DNA from: Alphaproteobacteria bacterium
GTDB taxonomy: Bacteria; Pseudomonadota; Alphaproteobacteria; Bin95
Assembly: GCA_963665325.3 (NCBI GenBank)
Contig: OZ224045.1
Span: 672,001 to 736,000 of the forward strand
Length of the DNA stretch: 64,000 nucleotides
Direction: 5' to 3'
A program made the translations under genes and the position numbers. Below the pieces are notes generated by a model. The model did no database searches and was not told the DNA's origin. It saw only the letters and a program-made list of their open reading frames with translations. Below, one piece after another: positions 50,723 through 60,954 of this stretch. Position 1 is the stretch's first letter. Each line of letters starts with the position of its first letter.

Positions 50723-52027
50723 TCACCGCGGCCGGGCAAGCTCGTCCAGACCGCCGGTGAATTCCTTGCTGGTAAGCATGTCCGGGAGCAGCGAGGCAAG
50801 CCAGTCCGGATCGACCGACACGGCATTCCGCTCCAGCGAAGGCATGCTGCGCTCCGCCAGCGCCTGCCAGTCGCCGGCCATCCGCCATCCGGCGAGCAGG
50901 TCCGCGCGGGGTTCGCCGCCAAGGGCGCGCACGAGGAAGTCCGTGAAGTTGACGACCGGCGGCCCTTGCGCCTCGGCTCCAGCGGACAATTGCGCGTGGC
51001 AGCCGTGGTAGAGCGACACCAGCGCATCCACCTTCTTCTCTTCCGCCAGGGCGTAGGTCGCCTTGCGGCGCTCCGCCTTCAGGCCCGGAGACCGGTCCTG
51101 GCCCGAGCCGCCGCAGGTATATCCGGACTCCCAGGCGATGCCCGCGATATCGAGGCCCGGAACGCCGCCCAGCAGCCGCGCGACATTCTCGCCGAGGTCG
51201 GCCATTCCCTCATGGGCGTGGAGGAGCACCCGCATCGGCACTTCCGTCGTGTAGAGGTCCTGCAACCGCTCGCTTTTCTCGACCAGGAAGCGGGTCACAT
51301 GCTCGAAGGCGAAAGCCGCCTCCCCATACCCTTCTACCGTTTCCCCCAGGTGAAGCTGGCATGACGGGCACCAGCTCAACACCCGCTCCGGCTCGAACTC
51401 CCCGAACCGCCTGAGCGTTCCGTCGGTGACCCGCCCGCCGGCGTCCGTCTCGCCTTCCCATTTGGTGTGGATGATGCCGCAGCAGGCCGCCGGACCGCCG
51501 AGAACCTCGTAATCGACCCCGACTGCATCCAGCACATACATCGCATTGAACAGCAGATGCGGCGTGCGCACGGCATTGCAGCCGACATAGAAGACCACCG
51601 GGACGGACCGCGGCTTCGGCGGTTGCAGCAGCCTCGCCAGGTCGGCCGGCGCAAGCTGCATCGCCGCCATCAGGCGGATAGCGCGCGCCATCTTGCGGAA
51701 GAGCTGCGGCGTATCGCTGTGGGCTTCCGCCGACTTGCTGGCGGCGAGCATCACCATATTGCGCGGGTTGACGCCTTCGGGACAGGCGGGAATGCACTCG
51801 CCGCAGCCGTTGCACTGGTGCACCCATGCGCCCGCCGGCCCCTCCAGCCTGCCGCCGTCCCGCAACACCTGTAGGACGCTGCCCGCGACCGCCCCCGGGT
51901 CCGCCTCGGAAATCCCCGCATGGGGCACGACGGGACAGGCCTCGACGCAGGCCCCGCAGCTTGTGCAGGCCGAGACGATGTCCTCCGCCCGCGCGGCCAT
52001 GAACGATGTCAGTGTCCCGTCCGGCAT
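50723..52027 (-). CDS. 2x[4Fe-4S] plus CCG-domain Fe-S oxidoreductase (HdrD/GlpC-like)
   Basis: CTSCGACVEACP, CNGCGECIPACP, YVGC, ACCG, WCPSC, TCGG, YHGC. Confidence 0.85.
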   Translation of the reverse strand: MPDGTLTSFMAARAEDIVSACTSCGACVEACPVVPHAGISEADPGAVAGSVLQVLRDGGRLEGPAGAWVHQCNGCGECIPACPEGVNPRNMVMLAASKSAEAHSDTPQLFRKMARAIRLMAAMQLAPADLARLLQPPKPRSVPVVFYVGCNAVRTPHLLFNAMYVLDAVGVDYEVLGGPAACCGIIHTKWEGETDAGGRVTDGTLRRFGEFEPERVLSWCPSCQLHLGETVEGYGEAAFAFEHVTRFLVEKSERLQDLYTTEVPMRVLLHAHEGMADLGENVARLLGGVPGLDIAGIAWESGYTCGGSGQDRSPGLKAERRKATYALAEEKKVDALVSLYHGCHAQLSAGAEAQGPPVVNFTDFLVRALGGEPRADLLAGWRMAGDWQALAERSMPSLERNAVSVDPDWLASLLPDMLTSKEFTGGLDELARPR

Positions 52028-52037
52028 CGAAGCCTCC

Positions 52038-52433
52038 TCAGGCGGCGTCTCCCATGTCGAACACCGCCTCGATCTCGACAAGCATTTCCGGCAGCGCCAG
52101 CCGGCTGACCTCCACGAGCGTGCTGCCCGGCCGGCCCGTGAAGTGGCCCCGCCACACGTCCGCATGTTCGCTGAACCGGTCGATGTCGGTCGTGTACATG
52201 GTGATCTTCACCATGTCCTCCCAACTGGCGCCCGCATTCTCCAGCACGACAGCCATATTGGCGAAGCAGACTTCCATCTGGCGGCGCATGTCGCCCACAC
52301 CGTCGATGCTGCCGTCGCCCTTCCGGGCCGTGATGCCGGAGGTGAACAGCAGGGAGCCGGTCGCCACGACGCCTTGGGCGAAGGGAATGCTCCTGTGCCA
52401 GGGCTTGTCGACCTCGATATGGCGACGGGACAT
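52038..52433 (-). CDS. RidA/YjgF-family protein
   Basis: FAQGV, LFTSG, VKITMY, RPGSTLVEVSRL, LVEIEA. Confidence 0.88.
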   Translation of the reverse strand: MSRRHIEVDKPWHRSIPFAQGVVATGSLLFTSGITARKGDGSIDGVGDMRRQMEVCFANMAVVLENAGASWEDMVKITMYTTDIDRFSEHADVWRGHFTGRPGSTLVEVSRLALPEMLVEIEAVFDMGDAA

Positions 52434-52453
52434 TGCGCAATCGCCCTCCCCGA

Positions 52454-53491
52454 TCAGGCAGCGGCCTCGGCCACCATGCGAATCGCCTCGGGCGTCGCGC
52501 CCGTCAGCGCGATGCCGGCGACGCGGCCGGCGGCGATCGCGTCCTTCCACGCGCCGAGCCGGTCGCGGATGCGGGCCTTGTCGCCGAGCAGCGCGACGCC
52601 GTCCACCAGCTCGTCCGGCAGCGCGGCGCTCGCTTCCTTGCGCTGGCCGGAGAGGAACAGGTCCTGCACCTTGCGCGCCTCGCCCTCGTAGCCCATGCGG
52701 GCGACATAGTCGTTGTAGAAGTTCTTGTCGCGCGCGCCCATGCCGCCGACATAGAAGGCAAGATGGTCGCGCACGGGGGCGCGGCAGGCCTCCAGGTCGT
52801 CGCCGACGCGGACCGGCACGAAGGGCACGACCTCGAAATCCCCCGCCGTCTTGCCATTGCCCGCTATGGCAAGGCCTTCGGCAATCGGCTCCGCGAAGAC
52901 ATCGCTCTCCGGGTCCATAAAGACCGGGATCACGCCGTCGGCCACTTCCGCCGCGGTACGCACGCCGGCCGGCGTGATCGCAGCGGTATAGATCTTCAGG
53001 TCCGGGTCGGGATGCAGAATGGTCTTGAGCGGCTTGCCGAGCCCGGTGGCGCCCGCCCCGTGATAGGGGATGTCGTAATGCTCGCCGTGATGCTCCAGCA
53101 CGCCTTCGCGCTTCAGGATCTGGCGGATGATCGAGATATATTCGCGGGTGCGCGCCAGCGGCTTGCCGAACGGCACGCCGTGCCAGCCCTCGATCACCTG
53201 CGGCCCCGACGGGCCGATGCCGAGCACGAAACGCCCGCCGGACATCTCCTGAAGCGTCATGGAGGTCATGGCCGCGAGTGCCGGCGAGCGCGACTGCATC
53301 TGGATGATGGCCGTGCCCACCTTGATGCGCGAGGTCTGGGCAAGGAGCCAGGCGGCGGGCGAGATCGCATCGGTGCCCCAGGCCTCCGAAGTCCAGCACA
53401 TCTCGTAGCCGAGGCGCTCGGCCTCCTGCACGAGCGCTACCTTGTCGGCCATGTCGCCGCCGCTATAGCCGAGCGTGATGCCGAGCCGCAT
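52454..53491 (-). CDS. LLM-class oxidoreductase, probably F420-dependent
   Basis: AERLGY..CWTSEAWGTDA, RSPALAAMT, LGIGPSGPQVIEGWHG, FYVGGMGARDKNFYN. Confidence 0.88.
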   Translation of the reverse strand: MRLGITLGYSGGDMADKVALVQEAERLGYEMCWTSEAWGTDAISPAAWLLAQTSRIKVGTAIIQMQSRSPALAAMTSMTLQEMSGGRFVLGIGPSGPQVIEGWHGVPFGKPLARTREYISIIRQILKREGVLEHHGEHYDIPYHGAGATGLGKPLKTILHPDPDLKIYTAAITPAGVRTAAEVADGVIPVFMDPESDVFAEPIAEGLAIAGNGKTAGDFEVVPFVPVRVGDDLEACRAPVRDHLAFYVGGMGARDKNFYNDYVARMGYEGEARKVQDLFLSGQRKEASAALPDELVDGVALLGDKARIRDRLGAWKDAIAAGRVAGIALTGATPEAIRMVAEAAA

Positions 53492-53581
53492 CGTCCTTCT
53501 CCCCCAAAATCGTCGCCGGGGACCTTAGCGGCAAACCGCCTTCCCGGCTATCCTTGCCCATCCGAAACGGGGGACAGCGGC

Positions 53582-54313
53582 ATGGCCAGCGAACGGGAAC
53601 GGGCAAGCGCGGCCGGGAGGCGGCCCATCGGCAATGCGGAGGTGGCGCAGCGCCATTGGGAGGGCTTCGAGGGCAGCGTCCTCACGGGGCCGAGAACGGT
53701 CGTGGAGCCAGTAGACCCGGATCGGGACGCCGCCGACATCTACGCCATCGGGATCGAAGGCGAGGAGCCGGACCGCATCTGGGATTATCTCGGCTACGGC
53801 CCGTTTGCCGGTGTGGACGCTGTGCGCGACTGGCTCGCCGGCTGCGCCGCTTCGACCGACCCGCTCTTCATGGTCTATCGCGACCGGACCACCGGCCGTC
53901 CCGGCGGCATGGGCAGCTTCATGGAGATCAGGCAGGCCGCCGGTGTGGGCGAGATCGGCAATATCTGGTTCGGCCGCGCCTGGCAGCGCGACATCCGCGC
54001 GACCGAGGTGCTCTCGATGATGATGCACCATGTGCTGGAGACGCGCGGCTACCGGCGGCTCGAATGGAAGTGCAATGCGCTGAACGCCGGCTCGCGCTCC
54101 GCCGCGCTCCGCCTCGGTTTCCGCTATGAGGGCCTCTTCCTCAACCACCTGATCGTCAAGGGCCTGAGCCGCGACACGGCCTGGTTCTCGCTGACGGACG
54201 AAGAATGGCCCCCCGTCCGCGAAGCCCATGCCCAATGGTTCGCGCCGGAGAATTTCGACGCCGACGGAAGGCAGAAGACCTCGCTCAGCGAGCTTACGCG
54301 GGCGCTTTGGTAA
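53582..54313 (+). CDS. GNAT-family N-acetyltransferase (RimJ/RimL-like)
   Basis: WDYLGYGPF, EIGNIWF, GYRRLEWKCNALN, RDTAWFS. Confidence 0.9.
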   Translation: MASERERASAAGRRPIGNAEVAQRHWEGFEGSVLTGPRTVVEPVDPDRDAADIYAIGIEGEEPDRIWDYLGYGPFAGVDAVRDWLAGCAASTDPLFMVYRDRTTGRPGGMGSFMEIRQAAGVGEIGNIWFGRAWQRDIRATEVLSMMMHHVLETRGYRRLEWKCNALNAGSRSAALRLGFRYEGLFLNHLIVKGLSRDTAWFSLTDEEWPPVREAHAQWFAPENFDADGRQKTSLSELTRALW

Positions 54314-54325
54314 GACGGGTGCTCG

Positions 54326-56206
54326 CTACTCCTCCGGGTGGAAGTGGTCGTAGAGACGTTTTGCGACCGTTTTCGAGATGCCAGGCACGGCCAACAGGTC
54401 TTCGAAGCCGGCGCCCTCGACGCCGCGCGCCGAGCCGAAATGGTGCAGGAGCGCGCGCTTTCTCGCCGCGCCGATGCCGGCTACCTCGTCGAGAGGCGAT
54501 TGCCGGACGGCCTTTGCGCGGCGGGCCCTGTGGGTGCCGATGGCGAAACGGTGCGCCTCGTCCCGCAGGCGTTGCAGGAAGTGCAGCGCCGGGTCGTGTT
54601 GCGGCAGGGAGAAGGGCGGCTTCTCTGCCGTGAAGAAGCGCTCGCGCCCGGCATTGCGGTCCGGCCCCTTGGCAATGGCGGCGAGCGGCATGTCCTCGAT
54701 GCCGAGCTCGGCGAGCACGCTCTGCGCGGAGGAAAGCTGCCCCGCGCCGCCGTCCACCAGCACGAGGTCCGGCCATGAGCCGCCGACGCGCTCCGGGTCC
54801 TCCTTCAGCGCACGCGAGAACCGCCGGCGCAGCACCTCGCGCATCATGGCGAAGTCGTCGCCGGGTGCGGCGTCGCCCTTGATATTGAACTTGCGATAGG
54901 CGTTGCGGACCGGACCCTCCGGCCCCGCGACGATCATGCCGCCGACCGCGTTCCGGCCCTGGATATGGCTGTTGTCGTAAACCTCGATCCGCTCCGGCGG
55001 GCCTTCCAGGTCGAACAGCTCGGCCACACGCTGGAGCAGGTCGCGCTGCGTGGCGTTCTCGGCGGACCTGCGCGTCAACGCATCGCGGGCGTTGGCGAGC
55101 GCATGATTGACGAGCTTGCGCTTGGCCCCGCGCACCGGCCAGCGCAGGTCGATCCGCCGCCCGGCCTTGAGGCTCAGCGCTTCGGCAAGCAGCGCGTCTT
55201 CGGCAGGGCGGGCGCTCAGCAGGATGCGGCGCGGCGGCGGCTTGTTGCTGTAGAACTGGCCCACGAATGCCGCAAGAAACTGCGCCGGGTCGTAATGGCG
55301 GCTGCCGGCCGGGAAGTAGGCGCGGTTGCCGAAATTCTGCCCGGCGCGGAAGAAAAACACCTGTATGCAGGCCTGCCCGCCGTCGAAATGGGCGGCGATC
55401 ACATCGGCGTCGCCGACGCCCTCCACATTAATGTCCTGATGCGCCTGGACGCGGGTCAGCGCCCGGATACGGTCGCGGTAAACCGCCGCCGTCTCGAACT
55501 CCAGCGCGTCGCTCGCGGCCTGCATGCGTTCGGAAAACGCCTGCTGGACGGTCTGGCTCTGACCAGAGAGGAAGGCGCGCGCCTCCGCGATGGCCGCCTC
55601 ATAGTCCTCCGATGACACGCGCCCGACGCAGGGCGCCGAACAGCGCTTGATCTGGTGGAGCAGGCAGGGCCGCGTGCGGCTGCGGAACACCGCGTCGGAG
55701 CAGGACCTGAGCAGGAAGGCGCGCTGGAGCGCGGTCAAGGTCCGGTTCACTGCGCCCGCCGAGGCAAAGGGGCCGAAATACTCGCCCGGCCGCGAGCGCG
55801 CGCCGCGATGCTTGAGGATGCGCGGCCATTCGTGGTCCCGCGCGATCAGGATATGGGGGAAGCTCTTGTCGTCCCGCAGCAGCACGTTGTAGCGGGGGCG
55901 CAGTTCCTTGATGAGGTTGATCTCGAGGAGCAGCGCCTCGACCTCGGTATGCGTGGTTACCACCTCCATGGAGGCGGTTTCGGAGATCATGCGGCGGATG
56001 CGGTAAGGCTGGTTGTCGGGCCGGACATAAGCCATGACGCGACGGCGCAGCGAGCGCGCCTTGCCGACATAAAGCACCTGTCCGCGGCCGTCGATCATGC
56101 GATAGACGCCCGGCGTCAGCGGCATGACGCGCAGATGCCGGCGGATCGCCTCGACGCCCCCGGCTAACCGCTGCGGCGCCTCCAGTTCGGCCTGTTCTTC
56201 CGCCAT
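54326..56206 (-). CDS. uvrC: Excinuclease ABC subunit C
   Basis: GVYRM...YVGKA (GIY-YIG), [28 protein letters not shown], HhH C-terminus. Confidence 0.97.
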   Translation of the reverse strand: MAEEQAELEAPQRLAGGVEAIRRHLRVMPLTPGVYRMIDGRGQVLYVGKARSLRRRVMAYVRPDNQPYRIRRMISETASMEVVTTHTEVEALLLEINLIKELRPRYNVLLRDDKSFPHILIARDHEWPRILKHRGARSRPGEYFGPFASAGAVNRTLTALQRAFLLRSCSDAVFRSRTRPCLLHQIKRCSAPCVGRVSSEDYEAAIAEARAFLSGQSQTVQQAFSERMQAASDALEFETAAVYRDRIRALTRVQAHQDINVEGVGDADVIAAHFDGGQACIQVFFFRAGQNFGNRAYFPAGSRHYDPAQFLAAFVGQFYSNKPPPRRILLSARPAEDALLAEALSLKAGRRIDLRWPVRGAKRKLVNHALANARDALTRRSAENATQRDLLQRVAELFDLEGPPERIEVYDNSHIQGRNAVGGMIVAGPEGPVRNAYRKFNIKGDAAPGDDFAMMREVLRRRFSRALKEDPERVGGSWPDLVLVDGGAGQLSSAQSVLAELGIEDMPLAAIAKGPDRNAGRERFFTAEKPPFSLPQHDPALHFLQRLRDEAHRFAIGTHRARRAKAVRQSPLDEVAGIGAARKRALLHHFGSARGVEGAGFEDLLAVPGISKTVAKRLYDHFHPEE

Positions 56207-56210
56207 GCGC

Positions 56211-57155
56211 CTATCCCGCGCCGGCTGACGGTACATACTCCACGGCAACATAAACGCCATAGACGGCGAGGAACAGCAGCCCCGCCGGACGCCCGAACCG
56301 GCCCCGGTACATCAGCCAGGAGACGAGCGCGATCGTCGCGGCCAGCATCACCCAGACGGCGAGATCGAGAAGGCGTCCGGGAATATCGAGCGGGTGGACG
56401 GTCGCCACCACGCCGCCGATGGCAAGCAGGTTGAAGATATTGGCGCCCAGCACATTGCCGACGGCGACCTCGGGATGACGCCGGTAGGCGGAGACGACCG
56501 CCGTGGCGAGCTCCGGCAGCGAGGTACCGACGGCCACGACGGTGACGCCAATCACCGCCTCCGACACGCCGATCGTGCGGGCGAGGCCGATAGCACCCTC
56601 GACCAGCAGGTTCGACCCGCCGATGACGCAGCCGAGGCCGATGGCGAGCGTGCCGAGCACCATCCAGAGCGGCTTGTCCGTCGCCGCCTCCTCGACTTCG
56701 GGCGCGCCGTGCCCTCTTCGGGCGCGCCGGTAGGAGATCGCGGTGAAAGCCGCAAGGCAGACCAGAAGCAGCGCACCGTCGAATACGCTAAGGCTTCCTG
56801 TCAGCGCGAGCGCCAGGAACATCAGCGTCACGCCGATGACCGCGCAGCCCTCGAAACGGACCTCGCGCGGCTCGACCGCCAGCGGATAGACGCAGGCCGC
56901 CGCGCCCAGGATCAGCAAAAGGTTGCAGATATTGCTGCCGACGATGTTGCCGATGGCGATTCCGGGCGCGCCCCGGAACGCCGCCTCGAGGCTGACGAAC
57001 AGCTCCGGCATGGTGGTGCAATAGGCGACCACGGTAAGCCCGACGATCAGCGGCGAGACGCCGAGACGCGCTGCAAGCTGCACCGCGCCGCGCACGAGAA
57101 ATTCCGCCCCGCCGAGGAGAAGCACGAAGCCGCCGAGCAGTTGCAGGTAGATCAT
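56211..57155 (-). CDS. Calcium/sodium antiporter (YrbG family)
   Basis: Two alpha repeats: TTMPEL...GNIVGSNI and GTSLPEL...GNVLGANI. Confidence 0.92.
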   Translation of the reverse strand: MIYLQLLGGFVLLLGGAEFLVRGAVQLAARLGVSPLIVGLTVVAYCTTMPELFVSLEAAFRGAPGIAIGNIVGSNICNLLLILGAAACVYPLAVEPREVRFEGCAVIGVTLMFLALALTGSLSVFDGALLLVCLAAFTAISYRRARRGHGAPEVEEAATDKPLWMVLGTLAIGLGCVIGGSNLLVEGAIGLARTIGVSEAVIGVTVVAVGTSLPELATAVVSAYRRHPEVAVGNVLGANIFNLLAIGGVVATVHPLDIPGRLLDLAVWVMLAATIALVSWLMYRGRFGRPAGLLFLAVYGVYVAVEYVPSAGAG

Positions 57156-57577
57156 GAAGGTTCCAATCGCGGACTGCCGCTCATCGGTGTCGGTCCGGAA
57201 CCGGCGGCCGCGGCAAGGTCCCGGTCGAAGGTGACGATATCCCGCACGCCTCGCCTGCGGCAGCTCGCCAGATAGCATAGATCCCTGGCTTGGAGGTCCG
57301 GGTGCTCGTCGCGAAGGCGTCTGGCCAGCAGGACATCCGCTTCCTCCAAGGGCCAGACCTCCACGCCCGCGCGCGAGGCAAGGTCGAGAGCCAAGTCGAA
57401 GGCCGCGAGTCGGCCACGGGGCAGATAGGCATGGGCCAGTTCCTGGAGAACTTCAGCCGAGGTGCACAGCGCCGCGCCGTCCCGATGCGCCTCAATGAAG
57501 AACTGCCGCGCAGCAGGTTTCAGCGGGTGCGGGCGCCCGACCGCATACATGAAGACATTGGTATCGACGAAGATCAG
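57152..57577 (-). CDS. vapC: VapC-type PIN-domain toxin; probable CTG start
   Basis: Frame reads (L)IFVDTNVFMYAVG..., SAEVLQE, ARD, TFD; CTGA overlap with the antitoxin stop. Confidence 0.82.
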   Translation of the reverse strand: MIFVDTNVFMYAVGRPHPLKPAARQFFIEAHRDGAALCTSAEVLQELAHAYLPRGRLAAFDLALDLASRAGVEVWPLEEADVLLARRLRDEHPDLQARDLCYLASCRRRGVRDIVTFDRDLAAAAGSGPTPMSGSPRLEPS

Positions 57578-57849
57578 GTTCCGCTCTCTCCGCCGGCCCT
57601 GGAAGCGGCTATGACGTCCAGATGTTCATCCCAGTCGGGCTCGGTCTCCGGTCCATCACCGGAATCGCACGCGCGGAAGAATGCCTCCACCTCGTCCTGC
57701 GACGCGAATCGCCGGCTTCTACGGCTGTCCTCCAGCCGGGCGCGGGCTGCGGCTCTCAGCCACGCGCTGAAGGTCATGCCCTCCCGGCGCGCCTGGTCGG
57801 CGAACCGCTCCCGCTCGTCATCCGGGATGAGCAACTGGACCCTCGCCAC
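57574..57849 (-). CDS. Ribbon-helix-helix-type antitoxin
   Basis: RVQLLIPDDERERF...ARREGMTFSAWLR; AGGAG RBS; directly upstream of the PIN toxin. Confidence 0.75.
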   Translation of the reverse strand: MARVQLLIPDDERERFADQARREGMTFSAWLRAAARARLEDSRRSRRFASQDEVEAFFRACDSGDGPETEPDWDEHLDVIAASRAGGESGT

Positions 57850-57872
57850 GGCGCCCACTCCTGCCTCCGTGT

Positions 57873-57893
57873 ATGTGTATGCAATATACACAT
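57873..57893. promoter_or_regulatory. Putative TA autoregulatory operator
   Basis: Perfect inverted repeat ATGTGTAT-GCAAT-ATACACAT just upstream of the antitoxin. Confidence 0.6.
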
Positions 57894-58013
57894 CGTCACG
57901 CTTGCTTCAATGCGAAAGGGGCAGCCGGCCGGCGGCCAGCACGATTTCCCCTGCCGAACAGCTTCCCGACCGGCTATTTGTGACCGGCCCCGATAACAGG
58001 AAGGACACCGACG

Positions 58014-58949
58014 ATGAGCTTGCCGCTGGACGACCGGACGCGCTACGGCCTGATGACCCGCCTGCCGACGCCGGAGCTTGCCCGCAAGACGGTCGCACTC
58101 CTGGACCGGCTGGAATTCGACTCGATCTGGGTCGGCGACCATCTGGCCTTCACCTCGCCGATCCTCGATCCGTTCGTGCAACTGTCCTATGCGGCTGCCC
58201 TCTCGCCCCGCCTCACCGTCGGAACCGCGGTCTATCTGCTGCCCATGCGCCATCCTGCGGGTGTGGCGAAACAGGCCGCCTCGCTGGACCATCTGGCGGA
58301 AGGCCGCTTCATCTTCGGCATCGGAGTCGGCGGCGAGTTTCCGCCCGAATGGGAGCTTGCCGGCGTGCCGCACAGCGAGCGCGGCGCGCGCATGACCGAG
58401 TCCATCGAAGTGCTGCGGAAACTCTGGGCCGGCGAACCGGTCGCCCACGAGGGACAGTTCTTCCCCTTCTCCGAAATACATATGCAACCGGCATCCTTTC
58501 GGGCGGGCGGGCCGCCGATCTGGTGCGGCGGGCGCCAGCCGGCCGCGTTCCGCCGCGCGGGCCGGATGGCGGACGGCTACATGTCCTACGTCATCACGCC
58601 GGAGATGTTCTCCAATGCGCTCGACACCATCTCGGCGGCGGCGGAGGAGGCGGGCCGCGAGATCGAGGCCTTCGGCACCTCACACCTGCTGTTCTGCTGC
58701 ATCGACGAGACTTACGAGAAGGCGCTGGACCGGGCGGCGGAACTGCTCTCGAAGCGCTATGCGATGGACTTCCGCAGGCCGGCCCAGCGCTATGCGGCGC
58801 TCGGCACGCCCGCTGACATCGCAGAGAAGATCGGGGCCTTCCACGAGGCGGGCGTGCGCCATTTCAATCTCGACTTCATCGGCGACCAGCCCATGCGCAT
58901 CGAAGGCCTGCACCGCTTCGCCGAGGAAGTGCGCCCGCTCATCGCCTGA
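58014..58949 (+). CDS. LLM-class flavin/F420-dependent oxidoreductase
   Basis: FDSIWVGDH, LPMRHP..VAKQ.ASLD.L..GRFIFGIG.G, PPIWCGG. Confidence 0.88.
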   Translation: MSLPLDDRTRYGLMTRLPTPELARKTVALLDRLEFDSIWVGDHLAFTSPILDPFVQLSYAAALSPRLTVGTAVYLLPMRHPAGVAKQAASLDHLAEGRFIFGIGVGGEFPPEWELAGVPHSERGARMTESIEVLRKLWAGEPVAHEGQFFPFSEIHMQPASFRAGGPPIWCGGRQPAAFRRAGRMADGYMSYVITPEMFSNALDTISAAAEEAGREIEAFGTSHLLFCCIDETYEKALDRAAELLSKRYAMDFRRPAQRYAALGTPADIAEKIGAFHEAGVRHFNLDFIGDQPMRIEGLHRFAEEVRPLIA

Positions 58950-59763
58950 GCGCGGCGGCGGCCTCCCGCGTCGCACGCTGTCCGTCCGCAACAGCCTCGG
59001 CCAGCGAACCGGCGCGGCGAACGGCACCCGCCGTAAAGACGCCCTCCCCCTCCAGCGCGGTCACAGGCTCCAGGCCGATGAAGACGAACACGCCCGAGAC
59101 CTCCAGCCGCCGCCCGTCGGCGAGCGTCACACCATCGACGCCGCTCTCTCCGTCGATGGACGCCACCTCGCTGTTCCAATGGAAGCTGAACTTCGGGTCG
59201 GCCGCCGCCCGTGCGCCATAGCCCGGCCGCGCCGAAAGCCGGCTGCCCCTCACGACCATCGCAATCGAGCGCGCGTAGCCCGCAAGGTGCAGCGCCTCCT
59301 GCAACGCCGCATCGCCCCCGCCTACTACCGCCACATCGGCATCCCTGAAGAACCCGGCGTCGCAGAAGGCGCATTGCGACACCCCCCGCCCGGTCAGCGC
59401 TTCCTCGCCCGGCACGTCCAGCCGGCGGAGCCGGGCGCCGGTCGCCGCCACGACCGCCTTCACCCGGTAGCGTCCGCCGCCGGCCGTCTCGACCATCCGC
59501 CGCCGGCCCTGCGCGCGGACGGCCTCCACATGCTCATCGAGGAAACGCACACCGGCTTCCGCCAGCCGGTCCTTCCAGCCGAAAGCCAATTCCGCGCCGC
59601 CGACAGACGCAGGCCAGCCGTCGAGCGCACCCACATTGGCGACGAGCCCGCCATAGAGCCCGGACTCGAACAGCGCGACCGCGAGCCCCTGCGAAACCGC
59701 CTCGTCCGCCGCCGCGAGTCCCGCCACCCCGCCGCCGACCACCGCCAGATCGAGCGGCCTCAT
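58939..59763 (-). CDS. Compact thioredoxin-reductase-like flavoprotein, 274 aa
   Basis: VVGGGVAGL, ATGA, GRGVSQCAFCD, VVGGGDAALQEA, GVFVFIG; ATGA coupling to the upstream gene. Confidence 0.82.
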   Translation of the reverse strand: MRPLDLAVVGGGVAGLAAADEAVSQGLAVALFESGLYGGLVANVGALDGWPASVGGAELAFGWKDRLAEAGVRFLDEHVEAVRAQGRRRMVETAGGGRYRVKAVVAATGARLRRLDVPGEEALTGRGVSQCAFCDAGFFRDADVAVVGGGDAALQEALHLAGYARSIAMVVRGSRLSARPGYGARAAADPKFSFHWNSEVASIDGESGVDGVTLADGRRLEVSGVFVFIGLEPVTALEGEGVFTAGAVRRAGSLAEAVADGQRATREAAAALRR

Positions 59764-60905
59764 GCGCCGATTTCCCTGACGATGCAGCAGGGCGGGAAAC
59801 CCCAGGACGGGAACCAGGCGCATTGCGGGATCGGGATGTCGCCGCCCGCCACGATCAGCACGATGTCTTCCGGCCGCGCGACAGCGGGCACCGCATCCTG
59901 CCCCGCCGTCCACTCCGGCCAGCGCTCGACGCCGATGAGACGCGTGCGCAGCCAGAGCTTGTCAAAATCGGCGCGCGGCATCCGTCCCCGCCGCCAGAGC
60001 GCCTCCTTCACGTCCGCCTTCGACCAGCCCTGACTTGCCAGCTCCTGCGCGACAAAAGGCGCCATCACGACCGCCGCCTTGCCCTCCCAGGCCATGTTGA
60101 AGGACGAGGCGGCGGAGCCCATCACGCTCGCAAGATCGTCCAGCCCGCCGGTCACATTGATCGCCGTCTCCGCCCGCATCATCGCCAACACATTCTCGCC
60201 GCCCAGTTCCTCATGCAGCGGCTCCCAGGGGTTGGCCGCGGCGTTCTCGGCCAGCACCATGGTATAGCGCCCCGGCTGGCCGAGCCCGGCGAAGGATACG
60301 GCCTCCGGCCAGCCGCCGCCGATATTGTTCATCACGAACCTGACCGCGCGCCCGATGGCGGCATTGGCCTGCCAGCCCGGCCCCAGCATTCCGAAGCCGG
60401 CATTCACCTCCAGCCGTTCGACGACCGGCCCGCTCAGCAGGATGAGCGGCGCCACATTCTCATCCGTGGTCTGCACACCCCGCAGGTTGAAGGCGGGGTC
60501 GGCCAGCGCCTCCACGGCAGCCAGAACCACCGGGAAATGCTCCGGCGCGCAGCCCGCCATGACGGCATTGGCGGCCACGCGCTCGACCGTCGCCACGCCC
60601 TTCAGCGGATCGAGCTCGCCCAGGCTTTCGTTGCGCCCGCGCCCGCCGGCGCGCAGCATGGCGTCCACCCGGTCGAGCGTCGGCGGCAGGATGGGCAGGC
60701 CATCGGTCCAGCCGCGCCGGTAGTAAAGCGCGCTCGCGTCGCCGTCCCGCAACACCTCCACCCGCTGACGGGGGAAACGCCCGGCCTCCGTCAGCCGGGC
60801 GGTCATGCCCTTCTCGCGCGCCCTCTGGACGAGGGTGTCATCGATCCACGCCCCGTTCGCCCGCTGGCCCGCAGGTATCAGCAGCCAGAGCGCCTCTCCG
60901 CTCAT
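59760..60905 (-). CDS. Stand-alone GWTDGLP-domain protein (UGSC partner paralogue)
   Basis: GWTDGLPILPPT, ANAVMAGCAPE, NAAIGRA, GQPGRYT..AE shared with the 23933 and 61743 genes. Confidence 0.8.
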   Translation of the reverse strand: MSGEALWLLIPAGQRANGAWIDDTLVQRAREKGMTARLTEAGRFPRQRVEVLRDGDASALYYRRGWTDGLPILPPTLDRVDAMLRAGGRGRNESLGELDPLKGVATVERVAANAVMAGCAPEHFPVVLAAVEALADPAFNLRGVQTTDENVAPLILLSGPVVERLEVNAGFGMLGPGWQANAAIGRAVRFVMNNIGGGWPEAVSFAGLGQPGRYTMVLAENAAANPWEPLHEELGGENVLAMMRAETAINVTGGLDDLASVMGSAASSFNMAWEGKAAVVMAPFVAQELASQGWSKADVKEALWRRGRMPRADFDKLWLRTRLIGVERWPEWTAGQDAVPAVARPEDIVLIVAGGDIPIPQCAWFPSWGFPPCCIVREIGA

Positions 60906-60954
60906 GTCGTCATTCCTCTACGGGCTGCCTCCGCTTCTGCTTCCGGACCGAGGA

